The notes beneath the pieces are model-generated. The model had not been told where the DNA came from. It ran no database searches and saw only the letters and a list, made by a program, of their open reading frames with translations. From Lama glama (taxonomy: Eukaryota), in the NCBI GenBank assembly GCA_028534125.1, contig CM052816.1, positions 41,728,001 to 41,792,000 on the forward strand: a stretch of 64,000 nucleotides of DNA. Reading direction: 5' to 3'. The translations under genes were made by a program, and so were the position numbers. Of this stretch, positions 40,480 to 53,799 are shown piece by piece (position 1 is the first letter of the stretch; every line of letters starts with the position of its first letter).

Positions 40480-41410
40480 AATGGGCATTGTCTACCAAAA
40501 TAGTAGATACCAAACTGACTGAAGAGGAAATAAAAGATTGAATAATCCTATAATTATTAAATAAATTTAATCAGTAAATATAAATCTACTAAGAAAAAAC
40601 TCACTAAACATGAGATTATTTTAAGGAAGAGTTTTATTAATGACTCAAAGAACAGATAATTCTAATCTTATACAAACCCTTCCAGAGAATAAAGCAAGGA
40701 AATATTTTTGGAATCATTTTATCAGGCTAGTATAATTTTGATACCAAAACCAGGTAAAGGAATTAAAAATAAAAAAATATAGGAAATATGAAGATGGAGA
40801 AAAACCCTGAAAAAAATTAGTTGACAGAATCTAGAGATATCTACCCATATGTACATACATACATACATACATCAAGACCAAGTCAGATGTATCCAAGAAA
40901 TTGAAGCAGGTTTAACAAAGTATTGTTTAACATAGTACTCTTCATAGAAGCATTCAATAAAATGTAATACCCATTTATACTTAAAAACAGATTAAACAAT
41001 AACAAATTTTTATAGTATACCAGAAATAGAAGGGAAACATCTTAACTTGATCATGGTTATCAAGGTTATCTACCAAAACCTACAGCAACACACATAATTG
41101 ACAATGAAATGATAGAGTCACTTTTTATAAATCAGAAATGAAGCTATGGTGCATGTTATTGCTGCTTCCATTCATTTTTGGAGGTCCTAGTCATCACATG
41201 ACGACAGGAAAAATGTATAAAAAGTATAGAATTAAAACAGAAATAAAACTGTTACTGTAAATGGAAGATACTGTTTACATAGAAAACTCAAGAAACTCTA
41301 CCAAATATTAAAGTTGGTAAGATAATTCACCAGAGTTGTTGGTTTTAGGACTGATACACAAAAAACAATACATATCTAAATCCAGCAGCAAATATTTGAA
41401 AACATATTAA
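40480..41410 (+). mobile_element. Highly degraded old L1 ORF2 (RT region)
   Basis: atacaaacccttccagagaata...ttgataccaaaacc...aaaacctacagcaa...ttacatagaaaactcaagaaactctac. Confidence 0.75.
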
Positions 41411-41421
41411 AATATAGGTAA

Positions 41422-43890
41422 TATACTAGGTCACAAAACACCTCAAGACAAATGAAATAAAAACAAAACTTTCTAAAATTTATGGAATTTGGCAAAAGCA
41501 GTTCTAAGAGGTAAGTTCATAGCAATAGAAATTTTCCTTAAGAAACAAGAAAAATCTCAAATAAACAACCTAACCTACCACCTAGAATATTTAGAAAAAG
41601 AACAAACAAAGCCCAAAGTCAGAAGAAGGAAGGAAATAATAAAGATCAAATAGGAAACAAATAAAATAGAGATTAAAAGATTGAAAACATCAATGAAATC
41701 AAAAGCCGTTTTTTTTAAGATAAACAAAGCTGACAAACCTTTAGTCAGTCTCACCAAGAAGAAAAGAGAAGACTCAAATAAACAAAGTAAGAAATGAAAT
41801 GAGAATAAATAACAACCAATACCACAGAAATCAAAAACTTATAAGAGAACACTGTGAAGTTATATGCCAACAAATTGGACAACCTAAAAGAGATGGACAA
41901 ACTTCTAGAAACATACAGCCTGCCAAGACTGAGTCAAGAAGAAATAGTTTGAACAGACTGATTACTACAAATGAAATAGTATCTGTAAAAAAAAAAAAAG
42001 AAAGAAAGAAAAACAAAAACAAAACCAATCTGCAAACAGAAGTCCAGAACCAGACAGCTTCACTAGGGAATTCTGCTAAACACATACAGAAGAGGTTATT
42101 CCTATCCTTCTCAAACTATTCCAAAAAACTGAAGAGGAGGGAATACTCCCAAATTCATTCTGTGTGGCCACCATTACCCTGATACCAAAACCAAAAACAC
42201 TACAAAAAAAGAAATTTGAAGGCCAGTATCTTTGATGCAAATAGATGCAAAAATCCTCAACAAATTATTAGCAAATCAAACCCAATAATACATAAAAAGG
42301 TTATACACCATGATCAAGTTGGATTTATTCCAGGGCCACAAGGATGATTCAACATACACAAATCAATCAATGTAATATACCACAATAACAAAAGTAAAGA
42401 AAAACACACATGATCATCTCAATAAATGCAGAAAAAGCATTTGACAAAATTCAACATCCATTCATGATAAAAGCTCTCATCAAAGGGTGTATAGAGGGAA
42501 CATACCTCAACATAATAAAGGCCGTTTATGGCAAACCACAGCCAACGTAATACTCGATGGTGAAAGGTGAAAGCCTTCCTGCTAAATTCAAGAACAAGAT
42601 AAGGATGCCCACCCTCATTGCTCCTACTTAACGTAGTTTTGGAAGTCCCATCTATACCAATCAGAAAATAAAAAGAAACAAAGTGCACCCAAAGTGGAAG
42701 GGGAAGAGGTAAAACTATCAGTATTTGCAGATGACATTATACTCTATATAGAGAACCCAAAAATCTCCACCTAAAAACTATTAGAACTAATAAATAGATT
42801 CAGCAAGGTTGCAGAATAAAAGAAAAATGTACAGAAATATGTTGTGTTTCTATACACTAAAAATTAAATATCAAAAAGAGAAAAAAAACCTCACTGAAAA
42901 TTGCATCAAAAAGTAAAATATCCAGGAATAAACTTAACCAAGGAGGTTGAAAGGCCTATATTCTGAAAACTATAAAACATTGATGAAGGAAACCGAAGAT
43001 GATTCAAAGACATGGAAAGATATCCAATGCTCTTGGATTGGAAGAATTGTCACAAGAACACAGACACATAGATCAATGAAACAGAATAGAGAGTCCAGAA
43101 ATAAAACCATGCACCTACAGTCAATTAATCTACAATAAAGGAGGCAAGAATATACAGTGAAAAAGACAGTTTCTTCACCAAGTGCTGTTGGGAATGCTGG
43201 ACAGCCACATAAAAAACAATGAAATTAAAACATTCCTCACATCATTTACAAAAATCAACTCAAACTGATTTAAAAAGCTTCATGTAAGACATGACACCAT
43301 AAAACTCCTAGAGGAGAACACAGGCAAAACATTCTATGACGTAAATCATAGCAATATTTTCTTAGATCAGTCTCCTAAGGCAAAAGAAATAAAAGCAAAA
43401 ATAAACAAATGAGTCCTAATCAAACCTAAAAGCTTTTGCACAGCAAAAGAAACCATCAACAATACAAAAAGAGAGCCTACAGAATGGGAAAAAATATTCG
43501 CGAATTATGCAACCAACAAAGGATTATTATCCCAAATATAGAAACAGCTCATACAACTCAATATCAAAAAACAAACAGTCCAATCAAAAAATGGGCAGAA
43601 AACCTAAATAGACATTTTTCCAAAGAAGACATACAGGTGGCCAACAGGCACATGAAAAGATGCTCAGCATTGCTGATTATTAGAGAAATGCAAATCAAAA
43701 CCACAATGAGATATCACCTCACATAGGGCAGAATGGCTATTGCCAAAAAGTCTACAAATAATAAACACCAGAGAGGATGTGGAGAAAAGGTAACCTTCGT
43801 ACACTGTAAGAGGGAATGTAAACTGGTGCAGCCACTGGAGAACAGAATGGAGGTTACTTAAAAACTAAAACTAGACTTAACAAATGATTG
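41422..43890 (+). mobile_element. Younger L1 ORF2 fragment (end of EN domain through RT to C-terminal domain), with internal deletions and no 3'UTR
   Basis: Motifs [28 protein letters not shown] and LSVFADDIILYIENPK (about 42715-42760). ORF 43436-43726 ends ...[18 protein letters not shown]...[12 protein letters not shown]. Many stops. Confidence 0.95.
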
Positions 43891-44424
43891 CAACTAGTGG
43901 AGAAAGAATAAATTATTCAATAAATGAATACTCATATTAGAAAAATTATTTTATTATCTCACATGACATATAAATACCAATTCCAAGTACATTAAATTTG
44001 AAATGTAAAGAATAATACTTTATGCAGTTGCTACTTTGAAAGAACATAAGTGATAGAATGCTCTCATAAAGCAATTTTATTTTTCCTTAAAGCTGTCACT
44101 CCAGACATACTTCATAGGCTGTATGATATTACTGATTACTTTTCAAAAGAGGAATAAACTCTGTTTAGTCATATATGCATATAGAATATCTACACATACA
44201 TATATAATACATATATACACACAGAACAGACTCTGTTTAGTCATATATATTTGTGTATATATGTTATATGTTTATGTATATATGTATATATATTCCTATG
44301 ATGGCGGTAATAATAAGACCTAATATTATTTAGAGTTAAAGATTCTTTTTTCTCCAGGTTTACCCAAACTGAGGGAAAAGACTTTAAGGAAAATGAACAT
44401 GATTGGTTTCCTTTCTCCTAACTC

Positions 44425-44510
44425 AGGTACCATCCATACCAATTTATCTGGGATGGTTTCTGAGGGAGTTCCTGGAACAAGGGGGTTTTAGTTTTAAAAT
44501 GAGTCACCCT
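44425..44510. mobile_element. MER81/MER94-like hAT-Blackjack fragment
   Basis: tgagggagttcctggaacaagggggttttagttttaaaa...gtcaccct. Confidence 0.55.
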
Positions 44511-44979
44511 GTCTTCCACCTGCCTCTCTCCTTACTTGCTGTGTCTTCTGACTCTTCAGAGTACAATTTGGGAGTTGGGAGAAATGGTAAAGATTAGAAT
44601 GAGAGGGAAGGTCTTAACTTGACTGTTTAATACTGATACTGTGTTTCCAGTGGCCATGACATGTATTTAAAGACAACTCTTACTTCTCATAGTTGCTTAG
44701 AGATTTCTTTAGTAAAATGAGATTCCCATTCCACCTTGCTAGAAATTTGTTATCTGCTTATTCTGTTATAAGTGATCATTTATGTCTTGCAAATTATCCT
44801 TCAGTTCCTTGTGATTTAAATTCACTTAGATTTTTTGTTGAAGTCTCATTTTCTCCTCAGATTGCTCCTTTTGGTAAAATCCCTTCAAATCAGCTTTGTG
44901 TTTTGCCTACTGTGGTGGTTTCTAGTTATAACTAGCCTCTCTCTTTTTGGTAGTAATATTTTAAAAAACTGTCACAATT

Positions 44980-46192
44980 GTTTTTATTGAACTATATTTG
45001 ATTTACAATGTTGTGTTACTTTCAGATGTACAGCAAAGTGATTTAGTGGTACATATACATATATATATATTCTTTTTCAAATTCTTTCCATTATAGGTTA
45101 TTACAAGATGTTGAATATAGTTCCCTGTGCTATATAGTAGGTCCTTATCATTTATCTGTTTTATATATAATAGTGTGTATATGTTAATCCAAAACTCCTA
45201 ACCCCTCCTGACACCTCTTTCTCCTTTGGTAACCATAGTTTGTTTTCTGCGTTTGTGAGTCTATTTCTGGTTCATAAATAAGTTAATTTGTATCTTTTTT
45301 TTTTTTAGATTCTACATACAGGTGATATCATATGATATTTGTCTTTCTCTGAATTACTTCACTCAGTATGATAATCTCTAGATCTATCCATGTTGTTGCA
45401 AATGGCATTATTTCATTTTTTATGGCTGAGTAATGTACCACATCTTCTTTATCCATTCGGCTGTTGATGGACATTTAGGTTGTTTTCATGTCTTGACTGT
45501 TGTAAATAGTGCTGCTATGAGCATTGGGGTACATGTATCTTTTCAAGTTAGAGTTTTCTCTGCATATATGCCCAGGAGTGGAATTGCTGAATCATATGGT
45601 AAGTCTATTTTTAGTTGTTTAAGGAACCTCATACTGTTCTCCATAGGGGCTGCACCAACTTACATTCCCATCAACAGTGTAGGAGGGTTCCTTTTTCTTC
45701 AGAGCCTCTCCAGCATTTATTATATGAAGTCTTTTTAATGATGAGCGTTCTGACTGGTATGAGGTGATACCTCATTGTAGTTTTGATTTGCATTTCTGTA
45801 ATAATAAGGGATATTGAGCGTATTTTCATGTGCTGTTGGCCATTTGTATGTCTTCTTTGGAGAAATGTCTATTTAGGTCTTCTGCCCGTTTTTCGTTTTT
45901 GATATTGACCTGTATGAGCTGTTTGTATATTTTGGAAATTAATCCCTTGTTAGTCTCATCATTTGCAAATATTTTCTCCCATCGCGTAGGTTGTCTTTTT
46001 GTTTTGTTTCTGGTTTCCTTTGCCTGCAAAGGCTTTTAAGTTTAATTAAGTTCCATTTGCTTATTTTTGCTTTTATTTCCATTACTCTAAGAGATAGATC
46101 AAAAAAATATTGCTGCAATTTATGTCAAAGAGTATTCTGCTTATGTTTTCCTCTACAACTTTTATAGTATATAGTCTTATATTTAGGTCTTA
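44980..46192 (-). mobile_element. 5'-truncated cetartiodactyl-type L1 (3'UTR and ORF2 C-terminus)
   Basis: ttttattgaactatatttgatttacaatgttgtg...gtacagcaaagtgatt...atagttccctgtgctata. ORF 45826-46029(-) [22 protein letters not shown] is L1 ORF2. Confidence 0.95.
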
Positions 46193-46387
46193 AATGAGAT
46201 AATATATAAAGTGTTTAGAACAATGAGTGGGACATAAGTATTTAATAAATTGTGAACATTAATTTTAATAATTAAGCATATGACCCCTTTTAAAGACAAA
46301 TATGCACAATGATTTCCTAAAAATTATTATTTAATGAATATTGTCACTATTTCCAACGAGACCGAAGAGAATCTTATTTTAGGTGTT

Positions 46388-46810
46388 TGTATCAGTTATG
46401 ATAAACTAGCTTATGCTGCTGTAAAAACAACCCCAAATTTCTTCAAAACAACAGCTTCAAACAGTAAAGGTTTATTTCTTACTCACACTAAATGTCTATT
46501 GCATGTCAATAATGGGGGTGCAATGGGAAGTTCTATTTTATATCATCCTCTCTGTGTGACTAAAAAAACTGATGGAGACTTCACCATTGGGAAGGCTGTG
46601 GGTCACAGTGGCCAGAGGAACAGTGGTTTAGGTAAGCACTGTCAAATGTCTTCACCAGGCAAAGATAGTTGTTACCTTTCTCATATTCCATTCCATGGGT
46701 TAAAGAAACTCACATGGCCCTGCCACAGTATCTCTTGGAAGTGTAATCCTTCCATGTGTCTAGGGGTAGAGCAGAACCAAACATTGGTAAGGAGTGAGTG
46801 TCTACCACAG
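46388..46810 (-). mobile_element. Old MaLR LTR (MLT1I/J/K-like)
   Basis: tgtatcagtta...tatgctgctgtaaaaacaaccccaaa...aaaggtttatttcttactcac...ctaccaca. Confidence 0.7.
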
Positions 46811-47118
46811 TAGGGTAAGGCAAAAAGGTTGTGAGATAAAATGGGCCTCTGAAATCTTTAACTGTAAAGATTGCACTTACTGAAACAAGCAAACCAATGA
46901 TAAATCAAGCATTTCATTTATATGGAATGGCTTTCTTATCATTTTATGTAATGGAATCAATTTCATCTTTTATTAAGTCTTAAAACACGTTAATGATCCT
47001 TGAGTATAGCAGAGTGATGGTCCAACTGAAATAGTTAAAATTTGCATATTCTCTTAATTCTGTTTTTAGTTCATTTCCCCTTAGTTTCCATTGAAATTGT
47101 CTGTATATTTATTTTATA

Positions 47119-47770
47119 CAGTTGGTTGTCATTATTCGCAGATTCTGTACTTCACCTATTCACTAAAATGTATTTGTAACCCCCAAACCAATACTCAATT
47201 CTCAACACTTTCAGTGCTTTTGCAGTCATTTGCAGATGTGTGCAAAGCAGCAAAAAATTTTGAGTCCCCATTGTGCACGTTCCCAGCATAGGTTAAAGAA
47301 GGCAGTGCTCTGCCTCCTTGTTTCAGCTCTCATAATATAAACAAGTTTCTTTTTTCTGTGGTCTGTTTAGTGTTACCTTTGCATTCTGTACTTTTTGTTG
47401 GTGATTTCTCTGAAGTAGTGCGTGGTGCTGAAATGCTGTCTAATGCTCCTAAACAAGAAAACCGTGATGTGCCTTATGGAGAAAATACATGTTAGATGAG
47501 CTGCATTTAGGCATGAATTATAGTGTGTTTGATGTTAACAGATCAACAATATATATTAAACAGGGGGTTTTTACACAGAAACACATAGGGTTATGTATTA
47601 ATCATAACCATGCTTTATGTGTGTTTCTGTTTAAAGATGAGATGTTGGCAAACATGATGTGACTAGAGGCCCACAGGAACTTAATCTTGTATTTCTGTGA
47701 GGAGCCACAGTTCAGTGTTCACTAATTCAGTTTGTGGAGACCTTCTAGAACTACCATAAGAAATGAGACT
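47119..47770. mobile_element. MER82 (Tigger-type) DNA transposon
   Basis: TA, then cagttggttgtcattattcgcagattc...tttgtaacccccaaa...cacgttcccagc...ttcagtgttcactaattcag. Confidence 0.85.
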
Positions 47771-49309
47771 TGAGATTTAAACAGAAAGCTTAAAACAGAA
47801 CAGAATTTTCTGGCACCTGAAACAGAACAAGTTGAACATCTGAAGACCCATGGGAAATTTGTCATCATTTTGAAGAAGAGAAAAGAGCAATAATTGTTAA
47901 CCTGACTTGCAAAGTCTCCATTCTCTATAGGTGCTGTATTCTGTAGGTGAAGTGTTATGAAGAGTTACCCTGTACAGTGTTAAAATCAAAATTGCTGTGT
48001 TCATAATTTTGTTTTCTTAAAGCTAGATACTATTGAGAAAAAAATGTGTGGACTTTCTGCTTTTTAAGCTTAGGTTACAGTGTATGGTTCTTCACCATCT
48101 CAAATAAACTAACTGTGAGCTTTTGTACTCCACCAAGGAAGATAATTTTTTCATACCATTTCCTTAAATAAATTGTTTTTTAAGGAAGAGGCCTTGTTAC
48201 ACTGTCAGTGTATTTCTTTATGAGCCATGGTTTTCTTTTTTAGATTTTTACATAGAATATCCTTATTCCTTCCACTTATACTTGTTCAATTAACTAAAAC
48301 TTTAAATGTAGTGGAAACACCAATTTATATGACAAAAGGCTACTGTCTTAGAAATGACTGTCTTTGAATTCTTTATAACCAGCTAGGCAGCGTGATGTGT
48401 TCTCAGACAAATTAATTCAGGTGTTTGTGGTGCTTTAAAAGTTGATGACTAACCATCTTCCGTGGTTATTTGTGGAAAGGTATTAGGGAGTCCAGCTGGT
48501 TCTGATTTACCAACAGGATTACACAGTCCTCAGTTTATCTCCATTTCATACTCAGAGAAGAACATTTCCATTCCTTTCATGTTTAATGGATCATTTCCAC
48601 ACTTTCTCCCTTTCTAGTCTCTATCTCTAACCAAGGAAAGATTAGTGATGTGACATGCCAGTTGTTTGTGACAGAAAGATATGGAATCTCTCTGTCTGTC
48701 TGTCTGTCTATCTATCTCATTATTTTATAGACAAGTGCCTTAAAGGAACCACTTGATCATTATTTCAGGTTACAAAATGAGAAATGATCTCCCTTTGTCA
48801 TGCAAATTATAATGCACACCTCTTCTCTATTAAATTACTCTCAGACAATAATTTAGAGAGAAATTGGCCCAAATTTTACAAATGGTTTTCCATTTTCAAC
48901 TATAACCTGTTCTGTCTGTGTGAACTCCTGGCACTGAGAACCTGGTAGACTTTGTGCTCCTCAGTCTTTGGCTCTTATTGGACTTGTGCTGTGTTGGTAG
49001 TCAGGTGATAAGTGTCTGCACAGGGGTAGAGTGCAGAGATAATCAGATCTGAGGGATGAGCACACTAGCTGCCTCTGTGTCACAATCACATAGCAAGAGA
49101 AAGGAAATGGACCACTGGTTATGATCTGGGATACCAGTTGCTGATTTGTGAATTTGATGATACCTCCCTATTTATCACTTAAAATATAGTAATGCTTGAG
49201 TTTAATGTTAATTGTTAGGGTGTTATGCTTTTTGTTTTCATTAGAAATGTCATTTACAAATTGCTACATAGATTTGTACCATTGAGGTTTTAACTCAATT
49301 ATGTTCAAC

Positions 49310-49403
49310 AATCAGAGGTGTAATTCAGAATCTTCTGGAGGAGCAACCAGGCATTTGAATTTTGATTCTGGAAATTCTGATGTACCAAAGGCTGAGAACA
49401 TCT
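49310..49403. mobile_element. MER5-type fragment
   Basis: ttcagaatcttctgg...ccaggcatttgaatttt...ttctgatgtaccaaaggctgagaac. Confidence 0.5.
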
Positions 49404-51834
49404 ATGACTTGGCAAGATTTTCTTAGACCTGGGCCATACCCTGCTGTGGCAATACTGGCTGTTGGGAGGCCTTTGGGATGCTGCAGTAGGTCAGAGGGAG
49501 CCCTCTTATGCCCGTGTGCATGGCTGGTCTGCAGTCCTGGAAGTAGAAGGGAAACCTAGGCTCTTCCCTCTACAAAATAGACCCCTCAGATGCAGAATAA
49601 TACTGCTCCTCAGATGTCTATTTTCTAAAAGTTTTTTCTACTACATACCTTAAAGTTGTATCTTCTGTAAAACTGTTGTTGCATGTTAAAAAGCACGTGA
49701 TTAAGTGTGATTTTTCCCCTTTTTTTACTCCAGACCTCTATAGTCTGGGGTCCCAATATGTAATCGCTCAGTACTTTATTAAGCCAGTTCAGCAGAGTAA
49801 CTGAATCTAAATTTTCTAAAAATAGGCTCTTAGAAGTTAATGACTTTCCTCTATCAAAGGCATTGGATGTTACATAATTCATGACGATGAGTGATGGTTT
49901 ATGTCCTCGTTTACAAATGCCAACATAACTACCCATCCTCCAAAAGCTTTCATCTCCTTTACCTAGACAGAAATAAATTAAGATTGCTACAGTGGCAGAG
50001 TGAATAGAAAGGAAGGATGGATTCATGACCTATTTAGAGAGTAGAATTGACAGGAATTGACATGATGGGGGAGTGGGTATTGAGGTTAACATTTAAGCTT
50101 CAAGATGAGTCCATAAGTTGGATTTAGTGGCTACAAACTGTGATGTAATTTTCGAGTATATCCTTGAATTCCCACCTGCCTACTCAAATCTCCTTCCATC
50201 CTCACTGATGATGCAGTATATGCAAAAAAAAAAAAAAGGACAAAGATTCTTTCACAGATCAGTATTGCCTTCCCAGCTCTACCTGGTTGGGCACTGTAAT
50301 CTTGAAAATGAAGGACCGTTGTGGTCATATACTTCAAGGAGTCAGGAAGATGAAATAGTTAAATTCCATCAATTTGGCCCCACTAGTAAGGGTAATCATA
50401 AAACTTTAAAGACACAGTCAAGCTATCTGTTTCCAATGCTCAATTTTATTGTAAGGAAAAAGTTATTACTATTCATAGGTGTTGGAAAGTCTTGCCATAT
50501 TTATGTTAGATGCATGTTCTCAGACAGTTTTCTGTTAAGGAAAGCTAACTTATAAATTCTGTATCTTTGTACTGACCCTAACTTAACTAAACAGTAAAAT
50601 GCACATGACCTTTATTCCTACTCTGTTATTGTAGCAAAAAACAAAAAAACAAAACCAAAAAAAAAAAAAACCATGCAATTTTTAGAAACAAGCACAGCCA
50701 TGAAATCTGGAAATTTAGCAAATATTTTCAGAACTTGGTAGTAAAAACTTTTCCAGACTGTGTAAATAATAACATACTCTGCCAAATCTCTGCCCTTTAT
50801 ACCTTTCCTTTAAGTTATTTATTCCTGGGAATAGAACACTTGGAAGGTCAGAATACATGCAAATTTACTTACTGAATGCATCTTCGAGGTTGCTATAGTG
50901 CCTCCTTTTGTCTCTAACAAATGCTAATGGTATTGACATTCAATTGGCATGACGTTCCTTTTCTTAGTGTTATCTTCTTCCTTAGGCAGTTTACTGTACC
51001 ATCTCATTATATTCATGACTTGAAAAAGGAACCTAGTTCTAAAGCTTGAAGTGATTTATCGATCTTAAAAGATGAGATAATTCACTGACAAAATTCAAAC
51101 CTCCAAAGAACAAAATTCTCAACTATGATTTCCTAATGAAACAATCTGAAATGGAAGTATCAAAATTATGTTCTTTGCTTAGGATCTTCAAAATAATTTG
51201 TTTAGTTCAAAATTCAATCCTTAAAATTCATTTTGAATCATTCTTATCACATATCAGCAGTAAGATTCTTCCATTTGTATAACATTGATAATTATAGCTA
51301 ATTGTCCTAATAATATGATCTAAATCTGGTTCATTCCCATCTTTGTAACACTGACCATGTGATTAGTGTCAGGAGTTGGGTATTCTGTGTATGTTAAATA
51401 TCTTCTTAGAGGTTATACCCTGGAAATGTGAGGGAAAGCTTTGTAGCAATGAAATACTACTTAAGAACAGGATTAACACAGAGTAACAAAATAGTAAAAA
51501 AAATAGTAAAATAAAATAAAATAAAATAAAACTAAACTTGTACCTATTCTAAATGACTTGGAATGAACCAAATTATCACTTTATGTCAGGAACTTGAGGA
51601 TGAATATTTATGCTGAGGCCGGCAGCTCTCGAATGGAATGTTGAATCTCTTTATTAATCCTATTGGGAGGAGGTCATCAGAAAAGTGATTAATTTTTCTC
51701 TATGTAATCTCAGGCTTCAGATATTTTCTCCACAAATAGTGTTTTGAGTAGCAAGAGTTGTGGGCTGCAGGAGTAAAACTAGTTTACTGCCTACCAGTCA
51801 CCCTTTTAGGTAATTTATAAGCACTATCTAATTT

Positions 51835-52003
51835 TATTCTTATAGAAGCTAATATTTATTATCCTCATTTTTGTTAAGAAAACTGACAAAGAGAGATTAA
51901 GCAACTTCCCTAACATCTTAAAGGTATGAAGTGACAAAAACAGAGAGATGGACTTAACAGCAGTATGGATCCAACAATCTTTCTTGATAACTACATTATA
52001 TTG
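51835..52003 (-). mobile_element. MIR SINE
   Basis: ttattatcctcattttt...gaaaactgac...agattaagcaacttcc. Confidence 0.7.
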
Positions 52004-53799
52004 ACTCATCTTACGCTAACATCTAATTGGAAACAAGCACGGAAATGTTCATGAAAAAAGCTTGTTTGGTTTATAAGTAAGGATGAGTAAGATTCTGACA
52101 GGAGGTTGTGGCAGGATAAAAGAAAGATGCGTTTTGAGCTAATGAAACAGCACTGGAAAATACAAGACAATGGGAAACTATGGAGCACATTCAGGAAACG
52201 TTGAAAAGTTTATCTAGACTTGTGTGTGTGTGTGTGTGTATGCATGACATGGGTTTTTTGGTTTTAACTGAGAGATAACATCAGATCTTAAGTGTATGAT
52301 CCTGTTCAAATTCTTGTGTTTGTAATCTTGCCCCCCCCCCAGCATTTGGTCTCTTGTTTATTGTTCTGACCAAACACTCTAAGCCCGCTGAAATACATTT
52401 TTCCTTCCAAGAGAGGATGCTTAAATGAGTAAGTCAGTGCCTTTCTCTACTCATACTAGCAGATGTTAGAAAGTAGCTCAAGCCTGGAGAAAGAACCCAT
52501 AACCAGCTATTTCATAGCTGTAATTACAACCATAATAATGAATCATTTCCTTTGGCTGGCACTTGTTGGGTTCTGAGCATAACATTCTGTGGGTTAGCCA
52601 TTCTGGAAGCATTTCTCTGTCTGCTGATGCATTTTAACAAGGAGGTTTGAGGAATCAGGCCTATAAGAAAAATGTTCCTGACTGTATATAAATGCAAGTT
52701 TAGTGATAGGTAGTGAGCTCATATGAGAAAGAAGTCATCAAGTCCTGGGTAATGGAATTGTCTTGACTTATTAGGTTGTAGCTTAGAATATAAAAATCAA
52801 ACTATAAAATATAATCTGCTGTACAGTGTGCTAATTAACTAGCTGGGCCAGCTTTTACAGACTTAATTTTACAGATTTCCCTGAGGACCTAATCTAGTTT
52901 GGTGACTCAGAGCTGTATCTCCCTCCTGCTTGGTCTTAATAGTCATGGCTCCTGGCTTTTTTTTTTTTTTTCTTCCTATGATGTCAAAGACCTTATCTTT
53001 GTCTCTTTTGTTAGATAATATCCTTTCTACGTAGAAATCCCCTTGAGATCATCAATATAAGACACTGCATTGTAAGTCCAGATTTTCCTACTTCTACCTG
53101 CATAGTTTTTTTCTTTGTTGTAAGTAATGCTCGTATTTCAGAATAATAAGTCATATTTCAGAACAACCACCACAAGGTGAAATAGAGGAGACAGACACAG
53201 GTAGCAACAAGGGCTGGATTGAAGATAAGAATGTCGATTTGGTAGAAAGGCGAAGATTAAGTGGGAAATCAATTACCTGTAAGCTTTTTCACAGTTATAG
53301 CAGCGGGAGATGTAGAAATGGGAAATGAACAACAAAAAATCAATTCTTTTACCAGCTTTAAGTTTACAAACCAATCCAGCTAGGGAGACAAGTAGAATAA
53401 TAGAAATAAAAGTCCTTAAAATAGCTTTTTTATTGATGATAAAGATAATATGTGCTTGATGTAGGGTATTTATAAGCTCAAAAGAAAATAAAAAAACCTA
53501 GAGATCACCATTGTGAATATTTCAATGTATTTCCTTATAACTTTTATCTACTCAGAAAATTTTCCCATTAACTTGCTGTCATTCTCTGTGTGTAACTTTT
53601 ATTCTTCTTTTTTAGCATTATACCATAAACAGTTTGTCAATATGAATCTTCTAAAACAACTAAAACATTTTTTCATGTTTTTCGATCAGCAGAATGTACA
53701 CTTATAGAAAAATTTAGAGAATAAAATCAATAAAAGCTATTAATGCTATTGGTAGTGTGTGTATATTATGAGTGTATATACATCTACAGTAGTTCTATA

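Noticed and set aside
41422..43890. Active L1 or intact RT gene
   Set aside because: Multiple stops, frameshifts and deletions; no promoter, ORF1 or 3' end
46334..46813. 159-aa ORF
   Set aside because: It coincides with an old MaLR LTR
49625..50555. 133-aa (-) and 145-aa (+) ORFs
   Set aside because: No recognisable homology, a poly(A)-derived Lys run, and partial overlap with L2-like sequence
51488..51536. (TAAAA)n tract as the tail of a retroposed insert
   Set aside because: No element body or TSD found upstream; treated as a simple repeat
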